Part shown: positions 13,088-24,905 of the stretch, piece after piece
Position numbering within the stretch: position 1 is the first letter of the stretch
How the letters are laid out: each line of letters begins with the position of its first letter
From: Carcharhinus longimanus
Lineage: Eukaryota
Direction of reading: 5' to 3'
NCBI GenBank assembly: GCA_030264375.1
Contig: JASCQW010000072.1
Span: 18,419,322-18,474,402 of the forward strand
Length of the DNA stretch: 55,081 nt
Translations under genes and position numbers: made by a program
Notes under the pieces: generated by a model
What the model was told of the DNA's origin: nothing
The model's database searches: none
The model's input: only the letters and a program-made list of their open reading frames with translations

Positions 13088-13225
13088 TGCTGAAGTCTCC
13101 AGAATTGCATGTAGCTTTCACAAAAAATAAAATGCAGTATAAACAGGATTCAAAGACATAGAAATGAAAATAATCAACAATCTATTTTATCTTTTGGACT
13201 TCCTACTGCATTTCATTAAAGCTAA

Positions 13226-13351
13226 GGCTGGGATTTTCCAGCCCCATCATGGTAGGACCCACCACAGGAGATTCAGCAGCCCAGTAAATTTATATTGACT
13301 TTTGGTGGGACTGGGTGATCCTGGTGGTTTGCAGGGCTGGAAAAGTCTGTA
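13226..13351. mobile_element. Harbinger-type MITE
   Basis: TIRs ggctgggattttccagccc...gggctggaaaagtctg, flanked by taa and tta (TWA-like target sites). Confidence 0.65.
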
Positions 13352-13942
13352 TTAAGTATTGCAATAACATAATTAACTAATAACATGAAATTTTCAGTGG
13401 TCAGAATTGTTAAGAAAACACAGATGTTTCAATTCCACCGTAGCACTTTGATAAATAAATGGTTCGCTGAGGTTATACATTGGCATTTTCCAAAAGTGTG
13501 GCAGGACAGGTGTTCCATTCGCTTGACTGAATGTCCTGCTACTAATCTCAAAGTTTCTGGGGTTAGTTTCATGTATATTTCTTTGGAAGTTTACCACTGG
13601 AAAGGTGGATAAAATAATGGCTATCGCAACTTAAACAGAAAGACAGTTCAAAGCTCAAAAGGGTCTAATGCTCCAAAGAAATGGATGTCAAGGTCCATAA
13701 GGAGCAGGGTAAGAAAAAAAAAGGAAGTCGGTGTCAGGGATAGTGAGAACTTAATACTGCAGAAAATCTACAGGAGTATCGCAAATGTAGGAATTAAGTT
13801 AGAAAGGAACCTGGGAAGTAAAGAGAGATTATAAAAACAGTGNNNNNNNNNNNNNNNNNNNNNNNNNNNNNNNNNNNNNNNNNNNNNNNNNNNNNNNNNN
13901 NNNNNNNNNNNNNNNNNNNNNNNNNNNNNNNNNNNNNNNNNN

Positions 13943-14055
13943 GGCGCACAGAATCATCGCATCCCTACATTGCAGAAGGAGGCCATTCAGCCCATTGATT
14001 CTGCACCAACACTCTGACAGAGTATCTTACTCAGGCCCTCCCCCTCTGTCCCACA
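13943..14055 (-). mobile_element. HE1-like SINE 3' part (next to a gap)
   Basis: ccctacattgcagaaggaggccattcagcccat tail shared with the other SINE copies. Confidence 0.7.
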
Positions 14056-15400
14056 GATGTGGTGCCAGAGGACTAGATTATGGTTACGTCATACCATTGT
14101 TTAAAAATGGAGGACATGGTTATAGGATGGTCAACCTAACTTCAGTGGAACAAAAATTATTGGAAAAATTCTGAGGGACAGATTAACCAAGTAGAATCAC
14201 CAAGGTTTTGTGAAGGGAGAGTCTTGACTGACTAACTTAATTGAACTTTCTGATGAGGTAACAAAGGTCAGTGAGGGTTTGTATTTCTTGTAATTTACAT
14301 GGATTTAGTAAGATTTTTATTAAGATCCCACATGGTAGTCAGTCAAAAATGTAACAGCCATGAGATCCAAGGACATGTGATAAGTTGGAGCCAAAAATTG
14401 GTTCTGTGGCAGAAAGCAAAGTATTGATGAGTATTTTTTTGTGACTAGAAGGCTGTTTCTAGTAGTTTCTTGCAGGGCTCAGTTCTAAGTCCTTTGTTGT
14501 TTGTAGTGCATATTAATGATTTATAGTTAAATATAGTAGGTATGATTAAGAAGTTTAGGTGATTCAAAAATTGGCTGGGGGTTGATAGTGAAGAAGAATG
14601 CTGTAGTCTGCAGAAAAATGTTAATAGACTGACCAGGTGGACAGAAAAGCAGCAAATGAAAGTTAACCAAAGAAGTATGAGGTAAAATGCATTTGTGGAG
14701 GCAAAGAAGGGCAAATAAATACACAATAAATGGTTGAATACTGAGCAATGTAGAAGAACAGAGAGACCTTGGGGTGCACATTTATTGATTCTTGAAGGTA
14801 GCAGGGCAAGTAGTAATTGGGAAAGAAGGCATATGAGATATTTTCCTCTATTTAGTGAGATATAGAATATAACAGCAGGGAAGTAATGCTGGAATTGTGT
14901 AAAACAATATTTAGGCCACAGCTAGAGCACTGTGTACAGTTCTGGCCACACATTACAGAAAGTGATCACACTAATGGCAGTAAAGGAGATTTACAAGAAT
15001 CGTGCTAAGAATGGGGAATTCTAGCTATGAGAAGAGTGGAGAGTCTTGGATTGTTTTCTTTGTAACAGAAGAGGCTGAAGGGAGTCTTAATAGAGGCACA
15101 TACAATAATGAAAGGCCTACACAGAGCTGATAGAAATGATTCATTTGGCCGAGAGGTCAATAACCAGGAGACAGATTTAAAGCAATTGGCTAAGGAGTAG
15201 AGGCAAGTTATGGAGAATTATTTTTTCATTCTGAAGATTGTGGGGATCTGAAACTTACTGCCTGAAAGGGTGGTTGAGGCAGAAACCTCATCGTATTTAA
15301 AAGATATTGATAGGCACTTGAAATGCCATAGTCTATAGAGTAACAGACCAAGAGCTGGAAAATGGAATCAAGCTGTCAAGCTCTTTTTTGGCAGCCAAAG
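14056..15400 (+). mobile_element. CR1 LINE ORF2 (RT) and 3' end, decayed
   Basis: Recognisable RT blocks (ggttttgtgaaggg..tcttgactgactaacttaattga; cagggctcagttctaagtcc; gagaccttggggtgcac; tgtgtacagttctggcc) with many stops and indels. Confidence 0.85.
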
Positions 15401-15408
15401 GCACAATG

Positions 15409-15522
15409 GCTGGAATTTTACTGTCCCACCCTCCACAGGAATTGGAGGGTGCAAGGGACAGACCATGGAAAAGTCCGTTGAATTTATAGTTTTGGGACAA
15501 GTGAGGCTGTAAACTCCTGCCC
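15409..15522. mobile_element. Harbinger-type MITE
   Basis: ggctggaattttac...gtaaactcctgcc TIRs; body similar to 10433-10560 and 32696-32790. Confidence 0.6.
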
Positions 15523-15832
15523 AATGAGTTGAATGCTCCCCTTCTGTGATATAGTCTTTTGATCTTTCCATGCATCTATCATCTTGGTAGCTGCATTACC
15601 CAATGATAATTATTAAAGGTCCTATATAAAGCCTATATGTAGTTGCTATTGCTGTTGACTAATAATAATCAAATTTTATCAATTAGTCTACAACAGACAT
15701 ACACAAGACACAAGGAAAACCACAGTGGTGAAGAGCTTTGAGGGCCCAAAATCACATTTCAAGCAAGCATGGTACATTTATTAAATTGAGTTCATACTGA
15801 CCAGGTTCTTTGACTGTTGAAGTGCAACAACT

Positions 15833-16115
15833 ATAGAACGAAAAACAAAGAAAATTACAGCCCTCCACACCTGCACCAACCATGCTGCCTGTCTGAGCTG
15901 AAACCCTTTACCCTTCTGGGGACCATATTTCACTATTCCCTTCCTAATCATGCATTTGTCAAGACATCCCTTAAAAGTCACTGTCATACCTGCTTCCACT
16001 ACGTCCCCAGCAGCAAGTTCCAGGCATCCACCACCCTCTGTGTAAATAACTTGCCTCGCACATCTCCTTTCAACCTATGCCCCCTAGTAATTAACTCTTC
16101 CACCCTGGGAAAAAG
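15833..16115 (-). mobile_element. CR1 3' end fragment
   Basis: Close match to 33126-33450 (aacaaagaaaattacagc; ccccttaaaagtca; ttccaggcatccaccac). Confidence 0.85.
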
Positions 16116-16176
16116 TTATGTTAAATTCTTTCCAATTTCACTTCAGCAAATATGCATAATAATATACTTCTCTAAC

Positions 16177-16399
16177 CTGGATGATGATGACTGCTCTATG
16201 TCTTCTCTCCTCCTTCCCACCAAATATCTTCCATTTCTTAGCTGAAGCTCGGGCAGTCTTCCGTGAAGCAACTTTATTGTTGTAATCTCTCCATGCAGAC
16301 TGAATCACTGAAGCAGCATTATGAAGTACCATGCACATGTGAATTTGTCTACGGATATTATATCCTCGCCAGTGAGACTGTAAGACTGTAGCTGCATAG
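16177..16399 (-). CDS. LRRIQ1: LRRIQ1 exon with IQ motifs (LQSHWRGYNIRRQ; IQSAWRDYNNK; ends in IIQ)
   Basis: Acceptor ttgacag|CTATGCA and donor ATCCAG|gttaga; 223 nt, phase 2 to 0. Canonical IQxxxRGxxxR motif. Confidence 0.92.
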
Positions 16400-16749
16400 C
16401 TGTCAACATAAAGATTTGGAAATGCATTATTGTTAATCAGGAGAAACAGCAAGTAATTATTTAAAACACAGAACAATGTTGCACCCATCCACCCATTAAT
16501 TGATCAAGTGATTCTAATTTTGCTTTGGGCGTTTTGACTCAATTATAACTTAAACTTTCATTGGCCGATAATGAGAATTTATTAGAGAAAAATTAGTTTT
16601 TCTTCCTGTTACTTATGTTATAAATGGTTATCTTTCCTGTCCCCGGTCTTATCTTTAACAGTCCTCAATGATCTATTTCTACCAACTTCTTTTTCATATA
16701 TGTGCCTCCAGGTTGTATCATCCAGATGTGACAGTTCTAAATTGTACGT

Positions 16750-17319
16750 TTACAACTCCCAGCTATATGTTTCCATGATTCCTCTCAACCCCTCCTTTAG
16801 CCTCTGTGTTGTCAGCTTGCTTCTCTAATATCCAGCTGTGGATTAGACACAAATTCCTTCAGTAAAACATTGAGGAGATTAAAATCATCATCTTCAGCTC
16901 TACAACAAACTCCAAACCTTTGCCTCAGCTTCCATCCCTGCCATTGCCAAAGGATGAAGTTGATTGTTAACAACATCACGTTTCTATTTGACGCCAAAAC
17001 CAATCTTATGATCCGAAATTCTCTCCAACAGAAAGACCACCTATTCCATCTCCATAACAATGTTATTCTGCTGATGAAACTCCCATTCATGCCTTTGTCA
17101 CCTCAAGAAACAATTGTTCTAATGCTCTTCTGTTTGGCCATCCAGCATCCACACTCCACAAACTCTAGCTCATCTATAACTCCCCTGCCCATATCCTACC
17201 CTGAATCAAATTTTGCTCATTCTTCGTTCCCATACTCGCTGATCTATCTTACTTCCTGATCTACAAGTACCTTAAGAGTTTATGTTTTTTTATTCTTAAA
17301 TTCAATTAGCTTCATGCCA
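16750..17319 (+). mobile_element. L2-type LINE RT C-terminal fragment, decayed
   Basis: attcatgcctttgtcacctcaaga...tgttctaatgctcttctg corresponds to the IHAFVTSR.D..NALL-like block of L2. Confidence 0.65.
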
Positions 17320-17691
17320 NNNNNNNNNNNNNNNNNNNNNNNNNNNNNNNNNNNNNNNNNNNNNNNNNNNNNNNNNNNNNNNNNNNNNNNNNNNNNNNNN
17401 NNNNNNNNNNNNNNNNNNNNNNNNNNNNNNNNNNNNNNNNNNNNNNNNNNNNNNNNNNNNNNNNNNNNNNNNNNNNNNNNNNNNNNNNNNNNNNNNNNNN
17501 NNNNNNNNNNNNNNNNNNNNNNNNNNNNNNNNNNNNNNNNNNNNNNNNNNNNNNNNNNNNNNNNNNNNNNNNNNNNNNNNNNNNNNNNNNNNNNNNNNNN
17601 NNNNNNNNNNNNNNNNNNNNNNNNNNNNNNNNNNNNNNNNNNNNNNNNNNNNNNNNNNNNNNNNNNNNNNNNNNNNNNNNNNNNNNNNNNN

Positions 17692-17885
17692 TTTCCTCCC
17701 ACAGTCCAAAGATGTGTGGGTTAGGTTGATTGGCCATGCTAAAATTGCCCTTAGTGTCCTGAGATGTGTAGATTAGCGGGTAAATATATAGAGATTTGGG
17801 GGTAGTTCCTGGGTGGGATTGTGGTCGGTGCAGACTCAATGGGCTGAATGAACTCTCTCTGTACTGTAGGGATTCTATGATTCTA
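17692..17885 (+). mobile_element. HE1-like SINE (5' part in gap)
   Basis: tttcctcccacagtccaaagatgtg...ggccatgctaaaattgccc core and tail gggattctatgattcta. Confidence 0.85.
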
Positions 17886-18099
17886 AATGCCACAACTCTG
17901 ACATAAAACCAGGTTAATTATATCTCTACTCCAGTTTGCATCAGCTATCATGTTTAAAGGCAAACACCAGTGCAGTAAACCAGTAAGAAAATATTCTTGC
18001 CTAGGAATATTTCTGTTAGTACAACTTCATTTTCATTTTGAAGAACAATTGTGCATAAATGATAAATTCTTCAATATCGTATAGGACAAATAAGCTTAA

Positions 18100-18285
18100 A
18101 AAACACTTTGTCGCTCATCCCTCATAACAACATTGGATAAATTTTAAAACAATATTAGACAAATATTTCCTATACTAGAACAAGCGGCCACGCTTCAAAA
18201 GTACTTCACTGGTTTTAATGCACTTTAGAACAGCCTGAGATCGTGGAAGACACTTTATAAATTCAAGTCTGTCTTTCTTTTCTTT
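18100..18285 (+). mobile_element. Deu-domain SINE / L2-like tail
   Basis: cttcaaaagtacttcactgg...ctttataaattcaagtctgtctttc tail. Confidence 0.65.
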
Positions 18286-18379
18286 CAGAGACTGAATAAA
18301 ATAAATTCAACTTCACTATAAAGTCACTGAACAGAAAAAGATGTAAGGCAAAAAGGGAAAAAGCAAATTCATGGAACCA

Positions 18380-18655
18380 GGTGAACTGGATGCCTGACTG
18401 ATGTTCAACTCATGAAAAGAAACTAGGTGCAAATTGCTGGATTTTGAATTAACTGAGCTTATCCACTGTACGAGAGTCTGTAGGAGGCAGATTCAATCCT
18501 AGCTTTCAAAAGAGAACTGGATCATTATATGAAGCGGTAAAACAGCTACAGGGAATAGGCAGGGGAGCTGCACTAGGTGAACTGCTTTTGCGCAGAGCTG
18601 GTACAGATGAACTGAATGGCCTCCTTCCATGCTGTGATCATTCTATGATTCTACC
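18380..18655 (+). mobile_element. CR1 3' end, decayed
   Basis: gaggcagattcaatcctagctttcaaaagagaactggat...ctgaatggcctccttcc...ttctatgattcta. Confidence 0.7.
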
Positions 18656-19361
18656 TAAAAATAAAATAGAAGCTATGTGTGAAGAAAACTAAACCAAAAT
18701 TCTGTGTTTACTAAAATTGAGAACTGCCTCTCTCTACAAAGCTGCTGGCCAAAGCATACTGCACATTTCCTTTAACACACCACTTGGGCAGCTAGTTTTT
18801 CTTGTTGAATATTGAAGCTTAATAAATTGAAGTTTTGGCTAGCTTTGGTCATTTTCACAAGGTTAAACTAGAAAACCATATAGAAAGAATCAAAAATAAT
18901 AAGCCAGGCACAGTGAGGAAGGAAGATTGTGATATTTGTGCTGTGTTACACTATGATCACAGTAAATATTAAAGTCAAAGTTTAAGAGAGTGAAACAAAA
19001 TCAAAAATATCCTTTTCTATTGCACAGCTGGATGACACAGCACTAAAGTATTACGATCCATTATTTCCCTGTGTCTAAGAAAGGGGAAATCACATTGAAC
19101 CCATGCTTCAGATATTAATCTCCCACCTCCAGTATATACCAGTTACACGATACAGCATAAACGTAATGCAAAACACGAGGCCATAATTATAGAAACAGAC
19201 GTTTGATAACATGTAATGAATTGTAATTACTATAAATTGTGGCTTCTGCTATAGATTAAATAGTCTCAGGCACTGGTGCTTATTTGGCTTATTCAAATAT
19301 TCTGAAATATCATCTAAAATATAATACACTAATGATAAGGACATGAATATAGTGTCATTAC

Positions 19362-19853
19362 TTTTTTAAGTTGTCTTCTGAAATATGTTGTTGTTGCTTC
19401 CCCCTCAAACTCTCTTTATTCTGTGGTTCTGACATTATTCTGTTGTACTCTGACTGTATTGGGCCTTTCCTTGTTCTGGAATCCTGCAGAGAAATTGCAG
19501 TCCTCTCCTGGTTTGCAATTAGTCTGGGGTCATTGCGCACCGAATCCTGACAAGCAATGGGTAAATAATCATTTTGCTTTCTGTTTTCAGAAGTATAGGT
19601 AACAGCAGTCTGAACTGGGTCAGAAACGACATTTCTGTCAGTGTTCTGGCTATTTTCCTTTGTATGATTAATGGTCAGCTTGTTACATTGCTCTCCAACA
19701 TTGAGTTCTTCCTCGGGAAGACTATTAGGATGTTTTTTCTCTTCAGTAAGGCATAACTCTCCATACTCATGGGCATATCTACATTCTTCAGCCAGCTGCA
19801 TCAGTTCCTCACAGTGCTGACAGCGTGTTTCTGTAATGTCCAAAGAGTCCAAT
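19362..19853 (-). CDS. LRRIQ1: LRRIQ1 exon: LDSLDITETRCQHCEELMQLAEECRYAHEYGE followed by a polar linker
   Basis: Acceptor ttttaataacag|ATTGGAC and donor AAAAAA|gtaatg; 492 nt open frame, phase 2 to 2. The L...E.R.AHE.G motif resembles LRRIQ1 as recalled. Confidence 0.88.
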
Positions 19854-20992
19854 CTGTTATTAAAAAGGACAAATATGCAAAGAAAATTAGTGCTGCATTT
19901 TACAGAATGATGCTAATGACAACCATGGCCTAAAAATAGCACAGTCCACACCAGGGCTGCACATTATCAGGAATTCAGGCACAGAGGTTACCTGTAAAAG
20001 AGAGGTTTGGAAATTGAGATCTATAAACTGGTTCTACTGACCTATGTTCCAGATTTTAAATATGGCAATCGTCGTGTGTCTGGATTCAAAACTGTAACAT
20101 CTATCCCAGAGTTTCCACCATTTTGTGTTTCTGAAGGCACCATTTTCCTTACTGTGCACAACTGTGACTTTAGTGCACTTGGTGTTTTTCAACTTTAACA
20201 TCGATCAGAAATGCCTCGGGTGGAATTTTCACAAAAAAATCCTAAGTGTCGAATGAGTGAGGAAATGGTAGGTTTTCTCGGCGTTTCTTTCAGTGAGTTT
20301 ACAGCACTTGTGCATAAGGAGGCATCATGCGATTCTCGCCAGTTGTGGGTGGGAGGTGGGTGGTTTGAAAAGCAACTGATAAACAAGGGAAGTTTATGAA
20401 GTATTCATATACCTTCCTTGGGAATTAAACTTCAAATTGAAATCTCCATGTCAGGCATCCCAGATGTGCCACATTGCTGTGGGGTGGACTGCAGGAAAAA
20501 AAAGTCTTTTGCTTAGATTCAGCTGTGTGTTTTCTCATTGACAAAGGCAGAGAAAGAGAGAAATCTGTCAGCAGTGGGGCTTAGAAAAGCTGAGACCAGT
20601 AGCAAAAGACTATCAGAAGCAAAGGATGTTTTCTGATTTTGGAGTCACTGAGCAAAAAGCGGTGCAGCCGTGCTTGTGCTGGTTACCTACAGTTATAAAG
20701 AGAACTGAAGGATCACCTGACCGAATGGAGGCGGAAGGATCCCAAGAAATCTCACACATTGAATAATAGCAGGAAAACTGAGGGGGAACAAAGTGGATTC
20801 CTGGGAGTTGTGGCACACATTGCTTTTGGCTCAGAAGAAGAGACAGAACTCTCAAGATGCTGGTAAGTACAGGGGAATTCTGGGATGGAATTAAAAACAG
20901 AACAGAAAGTGGCTGTTGAGATTTGAAAATTTGCAGGTTTATAGGATAAAGGTTTACAAAATATAGGCCAGAGTGTTCCAGCTGTTCATGCT

Positions 20993-21183
20993 ATGGGATC
21001 TTCTGGTCCCGCCAGCACACCCCTGCCACTTGTTTCCCAGAAGCATTGAGAGTGGTCGATGGGAAATCTCATTGACAATGGTATGACCAGAAGATNNNNN
21101 NNNNNAAGATCCCGCCACTGGCCAATGGTGCGCCACATCCTGCCAAGAGAAAGATACCACTGGGAGGCCAGAGAATCCCGCCC
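20993..21183. mobile_element. Harbinger-type MITE
   Basis: gggatcttctggtccc...ggccagagaatcccgccc TIRs; a 10-N gap lies at its palindromic centre. Confidence 0.6.
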
Positions 21184-21499
21184 ATCATGTTAAGTTAATA
21201 GTACACACTTAGTTTAATTCTTTTACAGTGCAAGTTTTTGTATAAATGTGAAACCTTGTGCCACAGTCCTTTCAGTTAATTATGGAGTTTGAATTTCTTT
21301 TCAAAAGTTAACAGTCTCCCTTGAGATCATAACAGAATTTAATCTCTCTTGTCTTCCAACCAATTACAGATCTTCCCTTTTGTACATTTGCTTTCTCATT
21401 TCATTTATAATTTTTTGCCATTTGTAATGAAAGAGCATTGACACGAAATGTTAACTTTTTTTTTCTCCCCACTGATGTTGTTTGATCTATTGAGTAAGA

Positions 21500-21680
21500 A
21501 ATTGGAAAATGGTTGAGTCTGAAGGTGTCAACGGCATGGATAAGAGTTTCAGCAACAGATGGTTTGAGACAGAGGTAAAAGTAAATGCTGTATATAAAGA
21601 TGGAAAAGCAAGGTTTTATGATGGAGATAACCTAGATTTGAAATTCAGGTCACCAGCAAATAGATGTGATCCAGGAATAA
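21500..21680 (-). mobile_element. L2-type LINE fragment
   Basis: ggcatggataagagtttcagcaacagatg is the reverse complement of the L2 'AETLIHA' block. Confidence 0.55.
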
Positions 21681-23495
21681 AGCTGTTATTTTTGTTGTGA
21701 CATACACATATGACAGCTAATGATGGTGAAAGAAAACTAATTTAATATGATCAGAAGATTCTTATATAACGCAATCAGAGAAATATCACATTGATTTGCT
21801 TAAAGAGTCAGACATTTTCACAATATATTGTTGGCTCGGAAAACAGGCAATAAGAATTGAAGGAGGAAAATATATATTGTCATATATCCATCAAGTAGAC
21901 TTTATACATTGTGGAGTGCATCTTTTCACAGCTGTCATCCACATCAGTCCTTTTCTAAGCAGAATGTAGTTTGTTTATGGTTTTGATTCTATCAGTAAAT
22001 TTATCCCTGGAATCCCCATGTTGCCATAGAAGAATATTAATTCATTCAAATAACTCCAAGTGCTCAGGCAATTGTACTTTATGCACTGTGGCAGAAACAA
22101 ATTCCGCTTTCACTGACCTTGTCTTGTAACATCACCACTGAGTGGGGAGATTGAATGGCAGATTATCATTCTTGCTCTTTCCATGTTCTTGTGGTCTAGT
22201 GGGTGATTAGAGGTTGGAATATTTGGACAATATTGCTAGTTCACTGCTACCATCTAGCTGCAAATTCCTGTTACTACTGGTGATTACGTTTAATCTCAAA
22301 CTGTTGCCTGAAAGAAGAATTGCACTTGCAATGTTTGAGCTACCTGCAATCTCAGGCAAATTAGTACAAATGTTGGCAAAAGTGTCATGCCAGCTATTAA
22401 ACCGTGAAGCCAGATAATTTAGGAAATTATACAGGATAAACACTTTGAGGCTGAAAGTACTATTTAAGTATTTATGGAATGGAAAGAGCTCTGAATTGGT
22501 TAGTAATAAACTTACATTGAGAAAGGTGAAACAGTCACTGGGTGCACTGTGAAACAGAAATGTTTATGAAGCAAAAATTACTCCTTGTATTTGATGCATA
22601 AATGTTTCTGTTTTCAATCATCAGATCTAGCTGGACCGAATCAACCTCTATCAAACCCCACGCATCTCTACCCAGGTCGGATTACCCTGCCGAGTAAGTA
22701 TAATCTCTGCCTTCTTTTCTCCACTTTGACCTATTTTCTTAAACATCTTTTCTCTTTGTCCCAATCACCCTCACCTTCAACATGTGATGACCTCATTGAC
22801 TTAATTATCACTGACATTGGTATCATTCCATTTGGCTATCTCTTCTTTTTGACTATCAAGCTAGACCTCTTCAAAAGGCTTTCCTTCAGCCTTCACAATA
22901 CAATAACCTCCAACCTCCCTTTCCTCGCTAAACTTCTTCAACATGTCTTTTCCTGCCAAATGCATGACCAGCTTTGCCACAATTCTGTGTTTATAGATTC
23001 CCTGTATAAACCTTTGTCTCTCCACCCTTTCCGCTATGTTAAAACCCTCCTCTTGGATCAAGCTTTGAGTCACTGCTTCCTGACATCCCTTCTTTGGCTC
23101 AGTATCCATTTTTGCTTATTCACTGATTTAGTGAATGGGACATTTTGTATATTAAAGATTATAGAAGAATGCAAGCCTTGATAAATATCTATTTTATTAA
23201 TTTGCTTACATACTATGATATCATGTAGTTGAACGATAGTAGAAAACTGAATAAGTCAACATGACATTTTGACCAAATATTGAATTTTATTCCACCCACA
23301 CACTCATCTCCGTGGATACCTCAAATCAAGTGTTGATATATTAAAATGGAAAATACTTACACTAAATTGTCCCATTTCCTGTTCTCTGCAATTCTTTAAT
23401 CAAACCAATGTATGTGTCAAAAAACTATGTGCTTGAATGAAGCATGGCTTCATGTTACAGTCAAAAAGGGATGAAATGTGAAAAGAGAGACTTAC

Positions 23496-23675
23496 TCTAG
23501 TTCAGTTTCATGTCTCCTGAGTAATAACTCAAAGTTTTGAAGCTGGGTCTGACACAGTGCCAAGAAACTCCCTGGTGAATGTCTGCTATGTCGTTCTGCA
23601 TCAAGATCATCATTGAAACTAATCCTCTCACCATCCACTATCTTCAAGCTTGGCAACATTTTCAGGATTGAACAT
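23496..23675 (-). CDS. LRRIQ1: LRRIQ1 exon (LRR cap): CSILKMLPSLKIVDGE...SFLALCQTQLQNFELLL
   Basis: Acceptor tctttcag|ATGTTC and donor CTAGA|gtaagt; 180 nt, phase 2 to 2. Joins the previous exon to give WR-CSILKMLPSLKIVDG, an LRR-cap motif. Confidence 0.92.
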
Positions 23676-23863
23676 CTGAAAGAAAGAACACACAAAGTTA
23701 ACATAAAAGATTACCCCCTTACTTCAATGTACAATACTAATTGCAATTTGTCTGTTTACACTTCCCTTTTATTGAAGAATTTCAGAAAGAATGATCTGAA
23801 TGAAAATGTCATTATAAGGAATGTTATAACAATTAATTTAAAACTTTTTATCTTATGCCAACA

Positions 23864-24010
23864 GCACGGGTTCAATTCCCGTATCAGTTGAGCTTATCCA
23901 TGAAGGTAATGCCTTCTCAAACTTACCCCTCGCCTAAGGTCTGGTGATCTTCAGGTTAAATCACCATCAGCCCATGATCATCCAGGACTATGGTGACTTT
24001 ACCTTTACTC
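23864..24010 (+). mobile_element. tRNA-derived SINE (second family), 5'-truncated
   Basis: B-box gggttcaattccc followed by cccctcgcctaagg..tcaggttaaatcacc..gactatggtgactttacctttac. Confidence 0.6.
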
Positions 24011-24575
24011 TTTATAAGAAAAGGTTCAAAATTCTAACAAAGCCTAAGAAGGGATCTCAAATGAATACTGATGGTAAATTCTGTTCTGTTGAACCATAAC
24101 ATTTAATAGAAAATGGTCATCAATAAATGTACATTTTACATCTGTTCTCTCCCAATACTTCCTTTGGTAACATCCACTTTCCTCTGTTAACTCTGTGACT
24201 ATTTAAACACATGCATGCTGATGTTATAATCTTGTTAAGACTGAAATTTTGAAAGATTATTTCTACATGTATATGCAGCTTTATTGGTCCAGATTCCATT
24301 ATCAGCTGCAAAGCGACAAAAGCTACCCAAAAAGATCCAACAATGCTGTTAAGAATGTTGATATGAGATTTCAGGTGTCTCTTCACAAGCAATGCAGGAG
24401 GGAATATGAGTGGTCGGGGGGTGGTGATGGAGGCAGGACTGGGAGGGAGGAATGTGTGGAACATAAGAGGGGAAGAGAGAAATGGACTGGATATGTATGA
24501 GGAATATAAGAGTGATGGGGAGGATATGGAGGCAGGACTCCTGAGGTGATGTGGAACACAAGAGGTGAGGAGAGA

Positions 24576-24905
24576 TCATAGAATTCCCTATAGTGCAGGA
24601 GGCCATTCAGCCCATTGGGTCTGCACTGATCCACCTTTATTTCTTACCCAGGCCCTATCCCCTAACCGCACATATTCTTACCCTGCTAAGCCCCTCTAGC
24701 CTATCCATCTTTAGATACCAAGGACAATTTAGCATGGTTAATCTACCTAATTGTTGGACTGTGGGAGGAAACCGGAACACCCGGAGGAAACCTAAGCAGG
24801 GGAAGAATGTCCAAATTCCATACAGACAGTCACCCAAGGCCAGAATTGAATCTGGGTCCTTGCGTTGTGAAGCAGCAGTACTAACCACTGTACCAGCATG
24901 CTGCT
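24576..24905 (-). mobile_element. HE1-like SINE, near full length, nested in Harbinger A
   Basis: tRNA-like head (reverse complement acagtggttagtactgctgcttcaca..ggacccagattcaattc), core and CR1-like tail. Confidence 0.88.

Noticed and set aside
17280-17893. Long ORFs of 135-193 aa
   Set aside because: They consist of N runs; the same applies to ORFs crossing the gaps near 6000, 27150, 44650, 47250 and 50150.
22585-23181. 198-aa ORF, the longest in the track
   Set aside because: It is Leu/Ser/Phe-rich because of pyrimidine-biased, repeat-like sequence, has no recognisable domain and is antisense within an intron.
24830-24905. tRNA gene
   Set aside because: The A/B-box-like sequences are SINE heads attached to SINE bodies, with no cloverleaf; the same holds at 23864, 41820 and 46410.
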